From positions 44,144,001 through 44,208,000 of the forward strand of contig CM068742.1 in NCBI GenBank assembly GCA_035084275.1: DNA of 64,000 nucleotides, written 5' to 3'. The translations under genes were made by a program, and so were the position numbers. Below are positions 1 through 13,191 of this stretch, in pieces (positions within the stretch are counted from its first letter, which is position 1; each line of letters begins with the position of its first letter). A model generated the notes under the pieces. It saw nothing but the letters and a program-made list of their open reading frames with translations. It was not told where the DNA came from and made no database searches. Source of the DNA: Hydrolagus colliei (lineage: Eukaryota).

Positions 1-260
1 GTGTTGGGAAAACAAATCAACCTGTTCCTCTCTGATACAAAGAGGAGATTTGATGATCGGAAGTTCACAAGTCACTGGCATCCCCCCCCCCCCCCCCCCC
101 CCCCCCGTCATGTATTTGCAGACCCCCACAGGTAGGCTGCGGGGTTGTCCAGGGAAATGAACCCCGAACGCCACCATCACACTGACACACCTGGCTGGCT
201 GTGTGAGTGTCAGGGATATTACCTGTTTCCCCCCCCACAGCCCCCCGCAGACAGAAGCAA

Positions 261-328
261 TGTTACTGTCGGGGGTGTTGCTCAGTGTTACTGTCGGGGG
301 TGTTGCTCAGTGTTACTGTCGGGGGTGT
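261..328 (+). repeat. 25-bp minisatellite, about 2.7 copies
   Basis: Unit TGTTACTGTCGGGGGTGTTGCTCAG at 261 and 286, partial at 311. Confidence 0.95.
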
Positions 329-522
329 GGGGTACTGGGAGAGAGGCTCCCCTGTGTGCGGTGATGAAGGGAGGGCTGGTGGGATTGTAGAGTCGGATAA
401 CGCAGCTCCCACCAAAGCCCATAGTGTCAGTGAGTCGCGGCTGCTGGGCAGGTGTGGGCTGAGATACACCGTGAGAGGGAAGGTCACTCTCTCCTCAAAG
501 CGCACTTCGCCGCCTCCCGCGG

Positions 523-790
523 NNNNNNNNNNNNNNNNNNNNNNNNNNNNNNNNNNNNNNNNNNNNNNNNNNNNNNNNNNNNNNNNNNNNNNNNNNNNNN
601 NNNNNNNNNNNNNNNNNNNNNNNNNNNNNNNNNNNNNNNNNNNNNNNNNNNNNNNNNNNNNNNNNNNNNNNNNNNNNNNNNNNNNNNNNNNNNNNNNNNN
701 NNNNNNNNNNNNNNNNNNNNNNNNNNNNNNNNNNNNNNNNNNNNNNNNNNNNNNNNNNNNNNNNNNNNNNNNNNNNNNNNNNNNNNNNNN
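523..790. other. Assembly gap
   Basis: Run of N. Confidence 1.
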
Positions 791-2932
791 CTCAGGTGTT
801 CCGCTGCCCCGGTTGCTCGAGTGCTCCTCTCGGCTTGTTAATTATCTGCATTGCCAGCCCGGCTCTCACCTGAGTGAGAAGCGCCATGTCTGGCTGCCCT
901 TTCTGAGACATGCCCTCACAGCACCTGACTTGTCACCGGCCGCCCCGCACACTGTGTGTTACAGGCGGTGAGACGAGAGTGAAAGTGTTCCGAGACGTAT
1001 TGAATGACACTGACACGAACCGGTTGTGTGGTTTTCACGGGGACAGAAATGAAACGCGATCTGCAAAGCGTCAATGGAAACGGTGAACAAATAAATACGC
1101 GGAATAAAGAACCTTATTGGGGTGTTCTTTTGCTTTTTATTCCAACCCGGTTCCCCACTGCAATAGAAGAAAGGTGTTTATATTCGTTTGGAATAAACTT
1201 TTAAGGAAGGAAAGTATGAAAGACAAACGGTTTAGTTCATCTTCGAGCTGTAACTTTTCTTCCAATGCTTTCAAATACCTATGGACAACCTATTCCATGT
1301 CCTCTAAATAGCTTTTAAAATAAAAATGTATTATCCATACGGTGACTTCTTATGAGGTGAGATTTCCAAGCAGAACCCCCCCCCCCAAATAGACAACCTC
1401 TTTTTAATTCACTGGAATAAAGTGACTGGAATTCACTGGTGCTCTGGAATAAAAGGTGAAAATAAAACACCCACGAGTTATCTATCATTCTATGTAGCTG
1501 TGTGTGACAGAGGGCATTATTAAAATTATTAAATGCAACAATATAAATGTCCCTTATTTGGACATTTATAACGTCTGCACCAGACTTTATAAATGTCCAA
1601 ATAAGGGACATTTATTTTGTTATTTATTTGTTCCAGTAAAGCTGTTGTGTCGAGCTTTAACTCTGCTAAAATAAAAGCAAATTAATAAGGAACAGGAAGC
1701 GGGCTTTTTGCTGGTTGTGTTAGTGAATATGACCGCAAGTTTTCTATTCCAGTCATAGGCAAAAATAACTTTTACTCAGCGGAGTATCCCTCCAAGTTTC
1801 GCCGCCGTCACTGAATTCTGTCACAATTCTGCACGCATGTTTCATATACAAAAGGCTATGTGGATTGATGGTCAAATTAACCATATCTTTCCTGAATAAT
1901 AAGATTGTTATTATTTACTCTGTCAGCCTTCACAACGCACTATATATGCAGCAGATATAAATGACCAAATGCAATGAATATAACATATATGTGTGCGCGT
2001 GTATGTCTGTGTGAGTACGTATTTGTGTATATGTAATTACATATGTACATGTTTATGTGTATATATATATATATGCGTATGTATGTGTGCGTGAAACAGA
2101 AATCTAGAAAAATAAATCTCTATGTTGATATATTCTTTCCTATTGGAGTTTCTCTGGCTAATACGTTGCCGCTTTATTGTTGATATTAATAATAATGGCA
2201 ATAATAAATCTGCACACTGCATATTATGGCGAATTCAACGTGGAAAAGAGTACATGAGTGTATAATTCATAATCCCCGTCGATTTTATTTATTGAGTTGT
2301 TAGCTTTCGTATTTTACACGGAACATAACTTGGAAAAGATTTTATTTTCGTACCACTGACTGAAATGGATGGTTAAACAAAAAATCACTTCAATTGTAAA
2401 GGCTGTTTCCTGCAGGTTAATTTGTAAAGTAATGATCTGATTGTATCTTCGATGAAGCGCGCAGATACGCAAGCACATCTAGGAATAGTAGAAATTACAC
2501 GATACTGTACTGAAAACGAGCAGCAAACTTGTCAATTCGGAATAAGATCCTTCAATGTGAATAAACAAAACTGTTTCTGGCAATAACTGCAAAATAACAC
2601 ATGGGATGAAATTGTATCCCATGAAACAAAAACAAGTGTTTTGTGTTTATCTGGAAAATCAAACGTTGGGGTTCAAAGAAATGAAGACATTTCCTTAATT
2701 AACCTGTTGTCAATTCTTTGAAAACTACCTTCCCTGTGACTAATTGGAAATCGAAAACTTTGAAAACCATAGCGCCGTATCGTTTATATGTTTGTGACAC
2801 TGGACTATGCGTTCTGGCTTTGAATTTGTAGGAAAAATGGCTAGTGAATGGAAGGTGGCGGGTGTGCTGAATCAAAGTCAGCATCTACAGCGTTAGTGCA
2901 GGGAGCAGTGTAAGGAGGGATAGTAAGGAGTC

Positions 2933-2953
2933 TCTAGCACCATGGACAGCGCT
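2933..2953 (+). promoter_or_regulatory. REST/NRSF binding site (RE1/NRSE)
   Basis: TCTAGCACCATGGACAGCGCT matches 17 of 21 positions of TTCAGCACCACGGACAGCGCC, with both cores (AGCACC, GGACAG) intact and canonical 2-nt spacing. Confidence 0.75.
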
Positions 2954-3183
2954 ATCCAGCCCTCACTAACCCCGCATCCTTTATTGTGCTTTCTGCACAA
3001 AAAATAGAGACAACCAGATGGAGCAAAAGGGACATTCGCATCAGTTAATTATCAAGGGGGAATGAACAAATTACACATTGAATTTCTAGAACTTTTCCTT
3101 ATTAAGATTCCCCGTCTAAAGTTTATAAATCTTCATAAGCTATCATGCATATATTGCAATATCTGCTCTAGCCTGACTGCATA

Positions 3184-3273
3184 AATATATATATATATGC
3201 ATATATATATATTTATATATATATATGCATATATATATATATGCATATATATATATATAGTGTGTGTGTGTGT
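3184..3273. repeat. Interrupted (AT)n followed by (GT)n microsatellite
   Basis: Seen directly. Confidence 0.95.
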
Positions 3274-6200
3274 ACTTATATCTATTTGTGTAATGATATA
3301 TTTTTGTCTTAATAGTCTGTGCTGGTGGTTCTATTTAACCTTGTGTTTCTTTTTGTAATCATCTTTTGTGTTTCTCCTTTTTTAAAATTATTTTTCAGTC
3401 TAATTTGATCCATTTCCTATATGGTCTCGCCCACTTCTCTTTCCCGTGATCTTTAATTTCGTTTTGACTTCACTCTGTTTGCATTTTAAGTTTCCGAGCC
3501 GCTAACCTGGTCATTTGCCGAATGTAGAGTATTTACCTTCTCCTTCTCTTCCCATTCGGTGTCCATTCTACACTATGTTTATTTCGAAACTTATCCAAAG
3601 ACACATTGTATTTACAGTCCCCCTAGTTTGTTTTTTTAAAAAACCCAAATCCAATTAACAACTAAAAAGCTATGTCAAGAGACGTTTAATTTGTGTGTTG
3701 GTGTGTGTGTGTGTGTGGATGGAGGGGTGGGGGGGGGGGGGGGGGAGCAATTTAAAATAAAATAAGAAAACAAATAAAGTTTCTTTATAAGAATCAAGAG
3801 AATGTGTTTTGTTTTGAGGGGTGTCCTGATCCAGGCATAAAGCCTGGGTATGAACTACACCTGGACTGTGTGCACTGATTTTCCTGTTGGACAGGCGCTG
3901 TTGGATGGGAGCTACAGTATCTCGACAGCTTGTTAATTAAAGCCCCCTGGAGAAGAGCCTCTGGAACCACAGTCCATATCAACCACGGCGCTAAATACCC
4001 AGCTCCTGACAGCAACTCAAGAGTAAAGTGAAATCAAACTAAAATTAAAAAATAATAATTCTTATCGATTGATCTGCCCTCCCTCCCCACCCCCAGTGCC
4101 CCACTCAGCCTCCCTATCACTTTGTGATACACTTCAACACATGGGAAAATACTAACAAACTATCTTGTTCCGTGTTATCCCTGTCTCCGGCGTGTTCAAG
4201 ATTATGAACGTTTCAATCTGTATTTTCTTGCTACGGATCCCCCAAATTCATAAATTCTCAATATCTTACAATTCAACAATAAAAAGAGTCCTCACAAATT
4301 GACCTGTTTTGCACCAGGGGCCTTGGCTGTGGCTCCACCGACCTGTTGAATTACCTTTGCTTATATTTATTTAAAGCCTGTGTTGAATGTACAGATTGAG
4401 TGCACTATTTTAAATGGTATAAGTAGCTGCGAAATGTAGCTTGAATTTCGAGCATTTTGCAATAAAGTACAGGAAGGATTCACCCTCGCCCTCCCCGCCC
4501 ACACACCAGGATTTCTCATTTGTCAAATCACTAATTGTTCGAAAACATCTTAATGTATAACATTAAGCCTCAAGTTCACTGCTTCAATGACTTGTGAATT
4601 TATTTATTTAAACTTTGTTATAACAAAGGCATCGCTCCTGTTTATTTCCACAGTGATCGGTCTTCAAATACCAAGCCTCCCTTTCTTCCATTAGTCTCAG
4701 ATCTTGCTTTACAAGTTCTGGGTAGAGACAGCCTTGTCATGTGTCCACTGAACCTGGTTAAACCCTTTTCACCTGGGCACTTTTTCTCTTGCAACCCTTC
4801 AAAGTCATCCCTAAATGGCTCTTGCTCTGTGTAGATCATTTGTCAACGTCAAGGATGGACTTGCTTCTATTTAGTGAAAGTAAACTAACTGCTATGTGGT
4901 GATGCTCTATACAGGGAAAAGCTTCCTTGATGTTTTCCTTGGAAATCAATACAATATTTCAAACCCTTTACCAAGTATATGAACAGCTTTCAAAACTATT
5001 GAATTTATGAAAAGTAATACTTCATTTATCGATTGCGTTTCTGAAATTGGAGTAACTGAAAGCTGTCGTCTCCACATCTAAGCAATCTGCAGAACATTAG
5101 AATAACCTCCAAAGAAATCATTCAACATGAAATGAATCCACTGTTAAAAATGTTTTACAACCTTTCTAATGTCAACATTGGGCGCTCACTTATACCTTAG
5201 AGCAAAAAAAAAGGAGTTATATGATAATATAATGATGCCGGCAATGCATTGTATTATCGAATACATTGTAAAATAAGATTTTTTTAAAACAAAACACATT
5301 ATTTGACGTGAATAACACAGGGGAACAAACTGAATTCTGATAATCTTTAACCTCGTCCTTTAGATGGTTCCGTTTGATTTCATAAAGAAAATTAAGGTGT
5401 AAATTAAGAAGATTTCTCATTAATACATTGCAATTTTTTTGCATCCATGACTATTGAGAATAACGTTTATTTTAAACGATGTAATTTTTTTTTACAAATT
5501 TGTTATCCTTTGTTTAACTTCAGCCGCTACTATTAAATAGAAATACACTTAGTTTTGAATGTACATTTGAGACTGGGAAGTCGCCCTATGCAATACTTTT
5601 CGTTCATATCCAAAAGGAAAATATATATTTGATAATATAAGAAATGTTTTTATTTGATATTCGAAGTATTTCTTCGATAATTAAATCAAATTAAAACTTT
5701 CCGAGGACTTCCAAGCCACACGTTCACATTCAATCCCCCTTAAAATCTGCTGAAGTTAGTTTAGACACAGGATCGATAAGGTTTTAACGGATCAAAACCC
5801 TTCACCTAAGAAAGACATGATATCGAACTCATGGACTTGGTAATATGAATCAGCCGGGATAAGTTCAAATAGCGTCTGGCAGACAGTAGAGAAATACATG
5901 TAACGCATCTTTAAAAACTAATTTTATTGAAATTAAGCTGAACGTTTGATCCATTTCTTCAAAAACAAACAAATAAGATCCTGCTTCTAAGCGTCGCTTG
6001 TTCGACAAGTAATAGAAGCGAAGAGGGAAACGGATAATGTCTCACATTTAAAATCCATATCGAATTAATAAGTCTAAACGCCTGGATTCATATGAATTAG
6101 AACAAGTAAAAATACTTTTATCTTCTTTGAGGGGGATTTTATAACTGAACTCAATTTAACCCTTTTTGGGTGTTTTAACGAAGAGTCGACTAACCCATAA

Positions 6201-8206
6201 ATCGAATGAATGTTGCATTTGTTTTTTTGCTTTGAGTGGAGCTGGTGCTTTGAGAAGCTGGAAGCAAATGCAATGCAGGTGTGTGTGTGTGTGCCATGGC
6301 TGCTCTCTGCTCTCTCCTTGGCTGCTGATGTTGGCTTTGAAGGCACTTTGCACTTCTCGTGCAGTCTAGCCTGAGCCTTGATATTGTTTTCAGCGCCTTT
6401 CTAGTTACAATGCAAACCGCAGCGATCTCCTAACTAATGCAAACCAGATGGAACATTCACAGTGAAATAAATATAGGATAACTTTATTTTAGAATAAGCA
6501 AAAACAACTAACTTCAAGGCGTGTGTCGGATACTTTCTGCATCACTCATTCTCTCTCTCTCACTCTCTCTGCAATCGATGGAAAGGGGGTGAAGGGAAAT
6601 AAAACCACAAAAAAATGGGGAAAATACGTTTTGTCTCTCAACCATTATGTGTCTCAAATTGATTCAATTGTTTCTTTTTTGCTCAAAAATACGATTTTTT
6701 TTGCTTTCAAATATTCAACGGCACAATTAAGACAGGCTAATTCGAAAACAGTTACAAAATTATGCTGATCGTGAATTGACTGGCACTCTTTTTTTAAAGA
6801 AATAAATTAAACGGTGTAAAATGTGTAACGCTTAAATTTAGATCTACGAATTTAAGACAACATCTATTAGACATACTCGACCAATGCTTAAATTTACCAT
6901 TGCAAATAAACAATTGATCTATTACTGCGATTTATTAGCAATATCTGAATTATTTTACGTTTGCCCATGTGTTACAGAAAATTAAACTATTCCTTTCTGA
7001 TCGGTGTGATAATAATCGTTCGGTTTTTAGTCGCGATTACAGTGGGAATGAATTTTGTTTTCTGCTCCTACAATATAATTTACATTCATTTCCAGCAATT
7101 GTTTGTTTTCTTGTTCAGTTTGTGGTTCAAGGGAATGCTCGGTGCTACAAGACTAATTCCACGATCTTTATTCAAAGCTTCATTTGATATTACAAATCGA
7201 ATTTTTCTGTCAAATCGATAAACACAATTAGTTCTCTCAACCCCCTGGCGAATCACTTTTTGACCAAATCTGATGCATTTCTGTACGGGAAGCTACTTCC
7301 ATGTTTATCAATTGCAAAGCAAATAAACTGTTTAGCACTGGGCTGGTTTTTTAACGCAAAGTAAAAAAAAGTTCTCAGTGCAATGAGGTATATTGTGAAA
7401 CACTCACAGCATGGCATTATTCTACTGTTGTGATACTGCCGAATAATTATTTATATTTGCGTTTACGGTTGTTAAAAAAAAGCATACTCAGAAACTCAAA
7501 TGATTACATTTCATAAAAATAGGGGATTAATTTATTTGAATGATACATTAAACATAATATAATCGATTATTTTAGTTATGTTGTGAGTCAGGTATTCCCT
7601 AAATCCTTTAAATGCCTGAAGCCCCATGTGCTGCTTCCAGAAAGTGTGAAATTTAATATTGTGGAACACTCACTAAGTTAGAAGCTAATGCATCGTGATT
7701 TGCAACAACTTGGTGTTTGTTCGCAAATGCAAACGCGGTGTAACGAAGTGGGCAGTTGTAACTGTCTCTTTTTTGCTGGAAAAAAAATTAATCGATCACA
7801 TCTGGACAGCTGTGAATGTGCGCGAATTGTGTTTAAAATAAACCTTAAAGCAAAACAGTTTGTAACAATGTTTCCAGCAACTGCTGCGGCTGGCGTCAAG
7901 TCAATCGAAACACAGCGCCATCTAGCTCACACATCTGGGAACTACAACACAGCGCGGCAGGCAGGTTTCAAACCGAGGTGAGCAAAAGAACAGTCCCTGA
8001 AGATCACAGCACCGCACACTCAGACACGCCGCTAATAACGCGGGATACACGGCGTGCGAATACTCCAAACGCATTTGGACAGGAACAGAAATCTCTTGCG
8101 ATAAAATTACTAAAACAAATAGTTTCCATTGAAAAATCGAACATCACCAATTCAGCACTGCACAACACCAACATTATACATTTGTGTATAGATGGTTCTG
8201 TTCGGC

Positions 8207-8312
8207 CATCGATCAATCAATGTACCTATAGATCTATCTATCAATCTATCAATCAATCAATCAATCTATCAATCTATCAATCAATCTATCCATCAATCAC
8301 TCTCTCTATCTA
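8207..8312. repeat. (TCAA)/(TCTA) tetranucleotide microsatellite
   Basis: Seen directly. Confidence 0.9.
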
Positions 8313-10663
8313 TTATGTATCATTGTTTGCTGAGCGTAAACAGCGAATGTAACATGCCGAATACAGCTGTGACAAACCAAGCGGTTTTATTTGGTAACTT
8401 GCTTGTCTTTTTATTATATATATATTTTTTAAAACAAAACTTAAATTTTCAAGAGAAAAATCTACTCTGAGGAATAACTGTTTTCAAGTCGGCGCATCAC
8501 AAGATACAGTTGCAACACACACGCCCCCCGTTTACAAACATCGTCAGGTATTCCTAATTTTAAACCGGAATCGGTCATTTCAATATCTGCATTTTCTGTG
8601 CCCCGGATTTATCTCTCAGCAATGTTAGAGAAAGCTGACTGTGGACGCAGCAACCGTGAGACGAAAATGTGCCGGTTACTGATTTATTAACCAAATAATT
8701 CGATCGGTTTTATGCATTTTGTATAGACGCACTTCAAGTCGGATTTGCAGCTTTGATACTCAACACAGAGAACACACAAGGAAGGGTCTTGCTTTTCGAA
8801 AAAGAAAATCGTTACAACCCGAAGTTTGTGGATGCGTTTTTCATCTCAATGCTTTTATACCACTTCACTGCGTGATTTTCTTTTAGAATTGCCTTGGTGA
8901 AAACAATTCATGTGAAGTACATTACGATACGCACACGGCCTATTTCAAGATCTCATTAAAACAGCATGATTCGTGATTTAAAATGCATTTGAATCGGGGA
9001 CCGAAATTTGCCCCACAGAAAAACCGCCAGCGTCATCAATCATGTGAATTCTCCTCAATGATATTTGTATCGTAAAACAGTTAATATAACGCCCACGAAA
9101 AAAATGTGAGCAATGTGGTTAGAAACACTCCCCAAAACGCTGATCTCGGCCCTGAAACACGCAAGATGTTATCTCAAAATAAATATAACAAACACAGCCA
9201 ACACCGAGAACGTTTGTACTCTTGCACACAACTTCCAGTTGCGTTTTATATTCGGCTGATGTTCATATTCCGTTAAAATGGCTCGAGGAATGTAAAATAT
9301 TAATGTTTTATAATTGCATCGCGTGAGGATCTTTGGGAGTGTTAAGTAACGTTGAATATTTAATTAATTTCTATGGAAAGATGAGCAGACTCTTCCTCGT
9401 TCCGTTCGCTTTCAAGATTATCATCCCGGCTATTAGTTATGTGAGGTTGTTAGCGGTACATTGACAGTAAATTATGTAACATTTCTGTTTCCTGTACTCC
9501 GCCTCTTTACTGTGGCGGAATAGTTTTTTTTTAACCCAAAAGTCAAGAAATCTCATGGGTTTGTTTTTTTCGCGTCATCGACGCGGCCCTAAAGTTGGAC
9601 ATTGTTTTAATTATTTATTCTTTGGTCTAATCTGCTGGAAACAAAACAAAAAAAATCGCCACTTCTGTGGCATAACCGATTAGGTTCTGCGTTCGATCGC
9701 CACTATCTTAGTTAAACTGATTGATGGCATCGCTTTTGAGAACATTATTTGCCAAATATGAACAAAAGAACGAAACTGGAGAACTGGAAACCCACAAATA
9801 CAGGCCATCAGAAAGCTTGTTATGTTTCTCTCTTAAGACTGATAGTGGCCTGTTTCTATGGTAATTATCTTTGTGTGTGTGTGTGTGTGTCCCCTCCCCC
9901 CTTCGAGATATTTAGGTAAAGGGGGGGAAGGGGGGGGGGGAAGGGGAGACAGGTTCATATTGTGCTCTGTTATTATTTTGATAATTTCAGTCGCCAGTGA
10001 TGAAGTCCCTCGCGACTCTCCAGTGGAAGGAAATAATGTTTTTTAAAAAAACCGATAGCTGTACACCTGAAAAGTCACAGCGCACACAGGGTGGGCGGGT
10101 GAGGAGGGGGCCATGCTGAATGTAATTCTGAACACATTGGTGTAAATGTACAGTGACACTAAATCTGCGGGCTGTTTCTGTTTGTGGGGTGGTTGGGGTG
10201 GAGGGGCTGGTAGGTGGGTGGGGGGGGGGGGGGGGGGGGGGGGGGGTAGAGAGAGAAAATAAACAACACACTCATTCGCTAATACACAAAGATAACATTA
10301 CAGGGAAGTATTATGTTAGGCACATAGAATTTCTCCAAACAGTGTAAAAACAATACACAGGACCCTATCGACATCAGTGCCTCTGTACGCCACAAAGTCT
10401 ATATATCACTGGGAGCGTGTTGTGCGCATTAGTACCAGTTTATAAGATTCAGAAAGAAACCCACAGCCTCGCCAGCCGGCGGCTCACAGTGATTTCCACT
10501 GATTTATTTTCATCTGGTGATTACGTGGCGCGACCACGTCCACTGATAGTGATCCCGCCACAGAGGGGGCGACGGTCCCAATACTCCTGATTTGTCCTTT
10601 GGTTTTTGCTGGTGTATTACATGTTTGAAATATGGGTGATAAATAAGTGGAGAATATTTCACA

Positions 10664-10697
<34 letters not shown>

Positions 10698-13134
10698 AAT
10701 TAGGCGACTGAAGTGAGATCAATTGAAAACAACATAATGAGACTGAATTAGTCGGTCGAGATGTTCCTTTTTAGTGGGGTTTTTTTAAAAAAACGGTGTT
10801 AATTTCACGCTGCCGGCCCTGTGATATTTTTGTGATTCCATATCAGGCGATCTGCAAATGAGATATTGTTCAGGAGATGAGGCTAAAGATTTGCAGTTCA
10901 CATGGGAGGTTTCCACAAGCTTGCTGTGCATGAATGTTACACATTCTCACGAAGAGTGTGCACCGTTGACACCACGCCTTACCTTCATACTCTCATCTAT
11001 ATATCAAACAAAGATCCCCCACTTACGAAATCTACGTGGTGCTGAATGCAGGGGATTTGAAACTGTACTTTGATGTGGTTCATCAAAAAAAAAAAGAACT
11101 TCACCTGAATGTTTTAGCTTTCCCCCTCCTCCTCCTCCTCTTGTTTCTTATTAAGCCACCACATTGCTCCTGTCCAGTAATATCTTATGAAACTGTCTTT
11201 GTCCTTCCTCGCTGCTGTCTTTATAATGTTATGGGAAGCGTGAGTTACATTTCACACAGCAATCACGTGCATTGGTTAGAAGGGACGTTAATATATAAGC
11301 CGCAAAGGAACAATTAGTAAACAGGGATCAATTGTTTGATTCGACAGAAAGAATATCTACACCCCCCCCCACCCACCCCCATACACACACACATACACTT
11401 TTATTTTCTCTCTTTCCTTTTTTTTGTAAACAAAAAACAGAGAAAATAATATTTCCATTAAATAAAATGCTCAGCTTTCTGGACCCTCACCCAACCAATA
11501 AATTAGTCCGAAGCAACAATGAAGTTAAATAATCATAATAAAACAAAGGCTGTTTAAAGTGTGAATGAAACTTTCCTATAAACTTTGGTGGTGTGTGTGT
11601 GTGGGGGGGGGGGGGGGGGGGGGAATTTTCGTAACTGCCCTTTGTATTTAAGGCTCCCTTTCAGAAAGTGAGTATTCACAAAGACGTCTGTAATAGTGCT
11701 TTGAAGGTGTTCACATGAGGACACTGTCTCCTTTCTCGTAAGAAGGAGTGAAGATCTGACAGGTTTTGTTGTCAGTAGTATAGTGCCAGCTTTGTAAGAT
11801 ATTCGTTTTTCTTTCTCTAAATGCTCCAACTTAATAGAGACCCCCTGTGTTAAAGCGTGCGTGCCCCTGCTGACTCTGTCCACCCTCTTGTCCAGTCTGT
11901 CCCTATCACCCCACGTGATGTCTGCTAACATCATTTTAATGATTTTGTCAACGTACACAGAATTAATTTTCATAAAAATGCAAAACAGACAAAACAGACA
12001 GACAGACAGACAGACAGTCCTTGCGAGACAAAATATGTATATATCTATGTACTGTATTGGTTTGGCTTCTTCGGGCCCTACGTGTTAAAGCCAGGGCTTT
12101 ATATATATATCTATATGTATATATATATAAAGGCTTTCCCAGAAGAAGGAGAACTGCTTGCTCCTTGACTTCAAATTCATCCCATTTCAAAAGAAAGATT
12201 TCAAACCTGAAAAAAAAAATTCGCCCCCCATTCAGATTAGGAGCGTTTATTTCTTGCTTGGCCTTTGAACAGAGAGGTCATGTCACTCAGGGGGGGAAAA
12301 AAAAGAGCTATTCCTTCGTTCTTCACCTCCCCACCACCACCACGCCGCTCTCCCTCCCTCTCCCTCCCTCTCTCTCTCTCTCTGTCTGTCTGCCTGTCTC
12401 CCTGACTCTCTTAAACACACACATACACACAGACACACACACACAGACACACACACCACGGTCTGGACTGGCTTTAAGGCAACAAGCTACAAAGATTAAA
12501 CATTTGGCTTTTTACAAGAAAGAAGGAGTCCTTCTGTAATCATAGCAACGGTATGTAGGCCACAAAGTGCCACCAAACAGCAAGTGATGTCCTCCCTGGA
12601 GCGTTCGCGTCTCTGGCTTGTAGGATCTTATCGACTGTTGCTGTTTGGCACCGCAGCAAGTCTCTGTATGAATTAAAATTAAATATGGCTGACTCAATAC
12701 CAGCAATAAAGCCAAATAGATTAAACTCTGGGATGTGCCGGCAGATAGCCTCTACCTGCGCATCGTCTGTGTTTTTTTTAAAAAAACGTGTGGACTTGCT
12801 TTGCTTGCCAGTGTGCTGTTCAAGGTATTTTTCTGTTTGTTTGCTTGTGTGTGTATGAGTGTGTGTGTGTGTGTATGAGTGTGTGTGTGTGTTTTTCGTG
12901 TGTATGCATTTGCATTTTCCCTTATGAACCGCTTGTTTGTGCAGGAAAATGTATGTTGACGGGAACGTTTAGTAGTGGATTATTTACGAGAGAATCAGAG
13001 GGTCAAGTTCTGGTCTGAGTGCCACATCTGCGAAACATTGAGGCTGCTAATTCACCAAAGACTGCGACGCTTTTATTATAGACATATTGGGGAATTAGTA
13101 AGAGTCCGCGTCCCCCCTTCAAGGGAATGGGGAA

Positions 13135-13191
13135 GGGGGGGGGGGGGGGGGGGGGAAGGTGGGGGGGAGGGGGGGGGGGGGGGGGGGGGGG
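13135..13191 (+). repeat. Interrupted poly-G tract, the longest of about 20 G/C homopolymers
   Basis: Seen directly. Confidence 0.95.

Noticed and set aside
62-74. DR1-like AGTTCA-C-AAGTCA and other scattered nuclear-receptor half sites suggesting autoregulation
   Set aside because: Degenerate 6-mers are expected by chance in 64 kb; no support without conservation data.
261-328. Short direct repeats superficially like a CRISPR array
   Set aside because: Head-to-tail units without spacers, in a vertebrate locus.
207-971. 254-aa ORF and other ORFs spanning N runs (also 28353-29030)
   Set aside because: Length comes from assembly gaps and a minisatellite; no recognisable protein.
1-1700. Expected last coding exon of FAM172A/ARB2A, convergent with NR2F1 in mammals
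   Set aside because: No recognisable match to its C-terminus by eye; probably outside the window or in the gap.
10555-10573. CTCF-like CCGCCACAGAGGGGGCGAC
   Set aside because: Only the 3' half fits; spacing is one base off the CCASYAGRKGGCR core.
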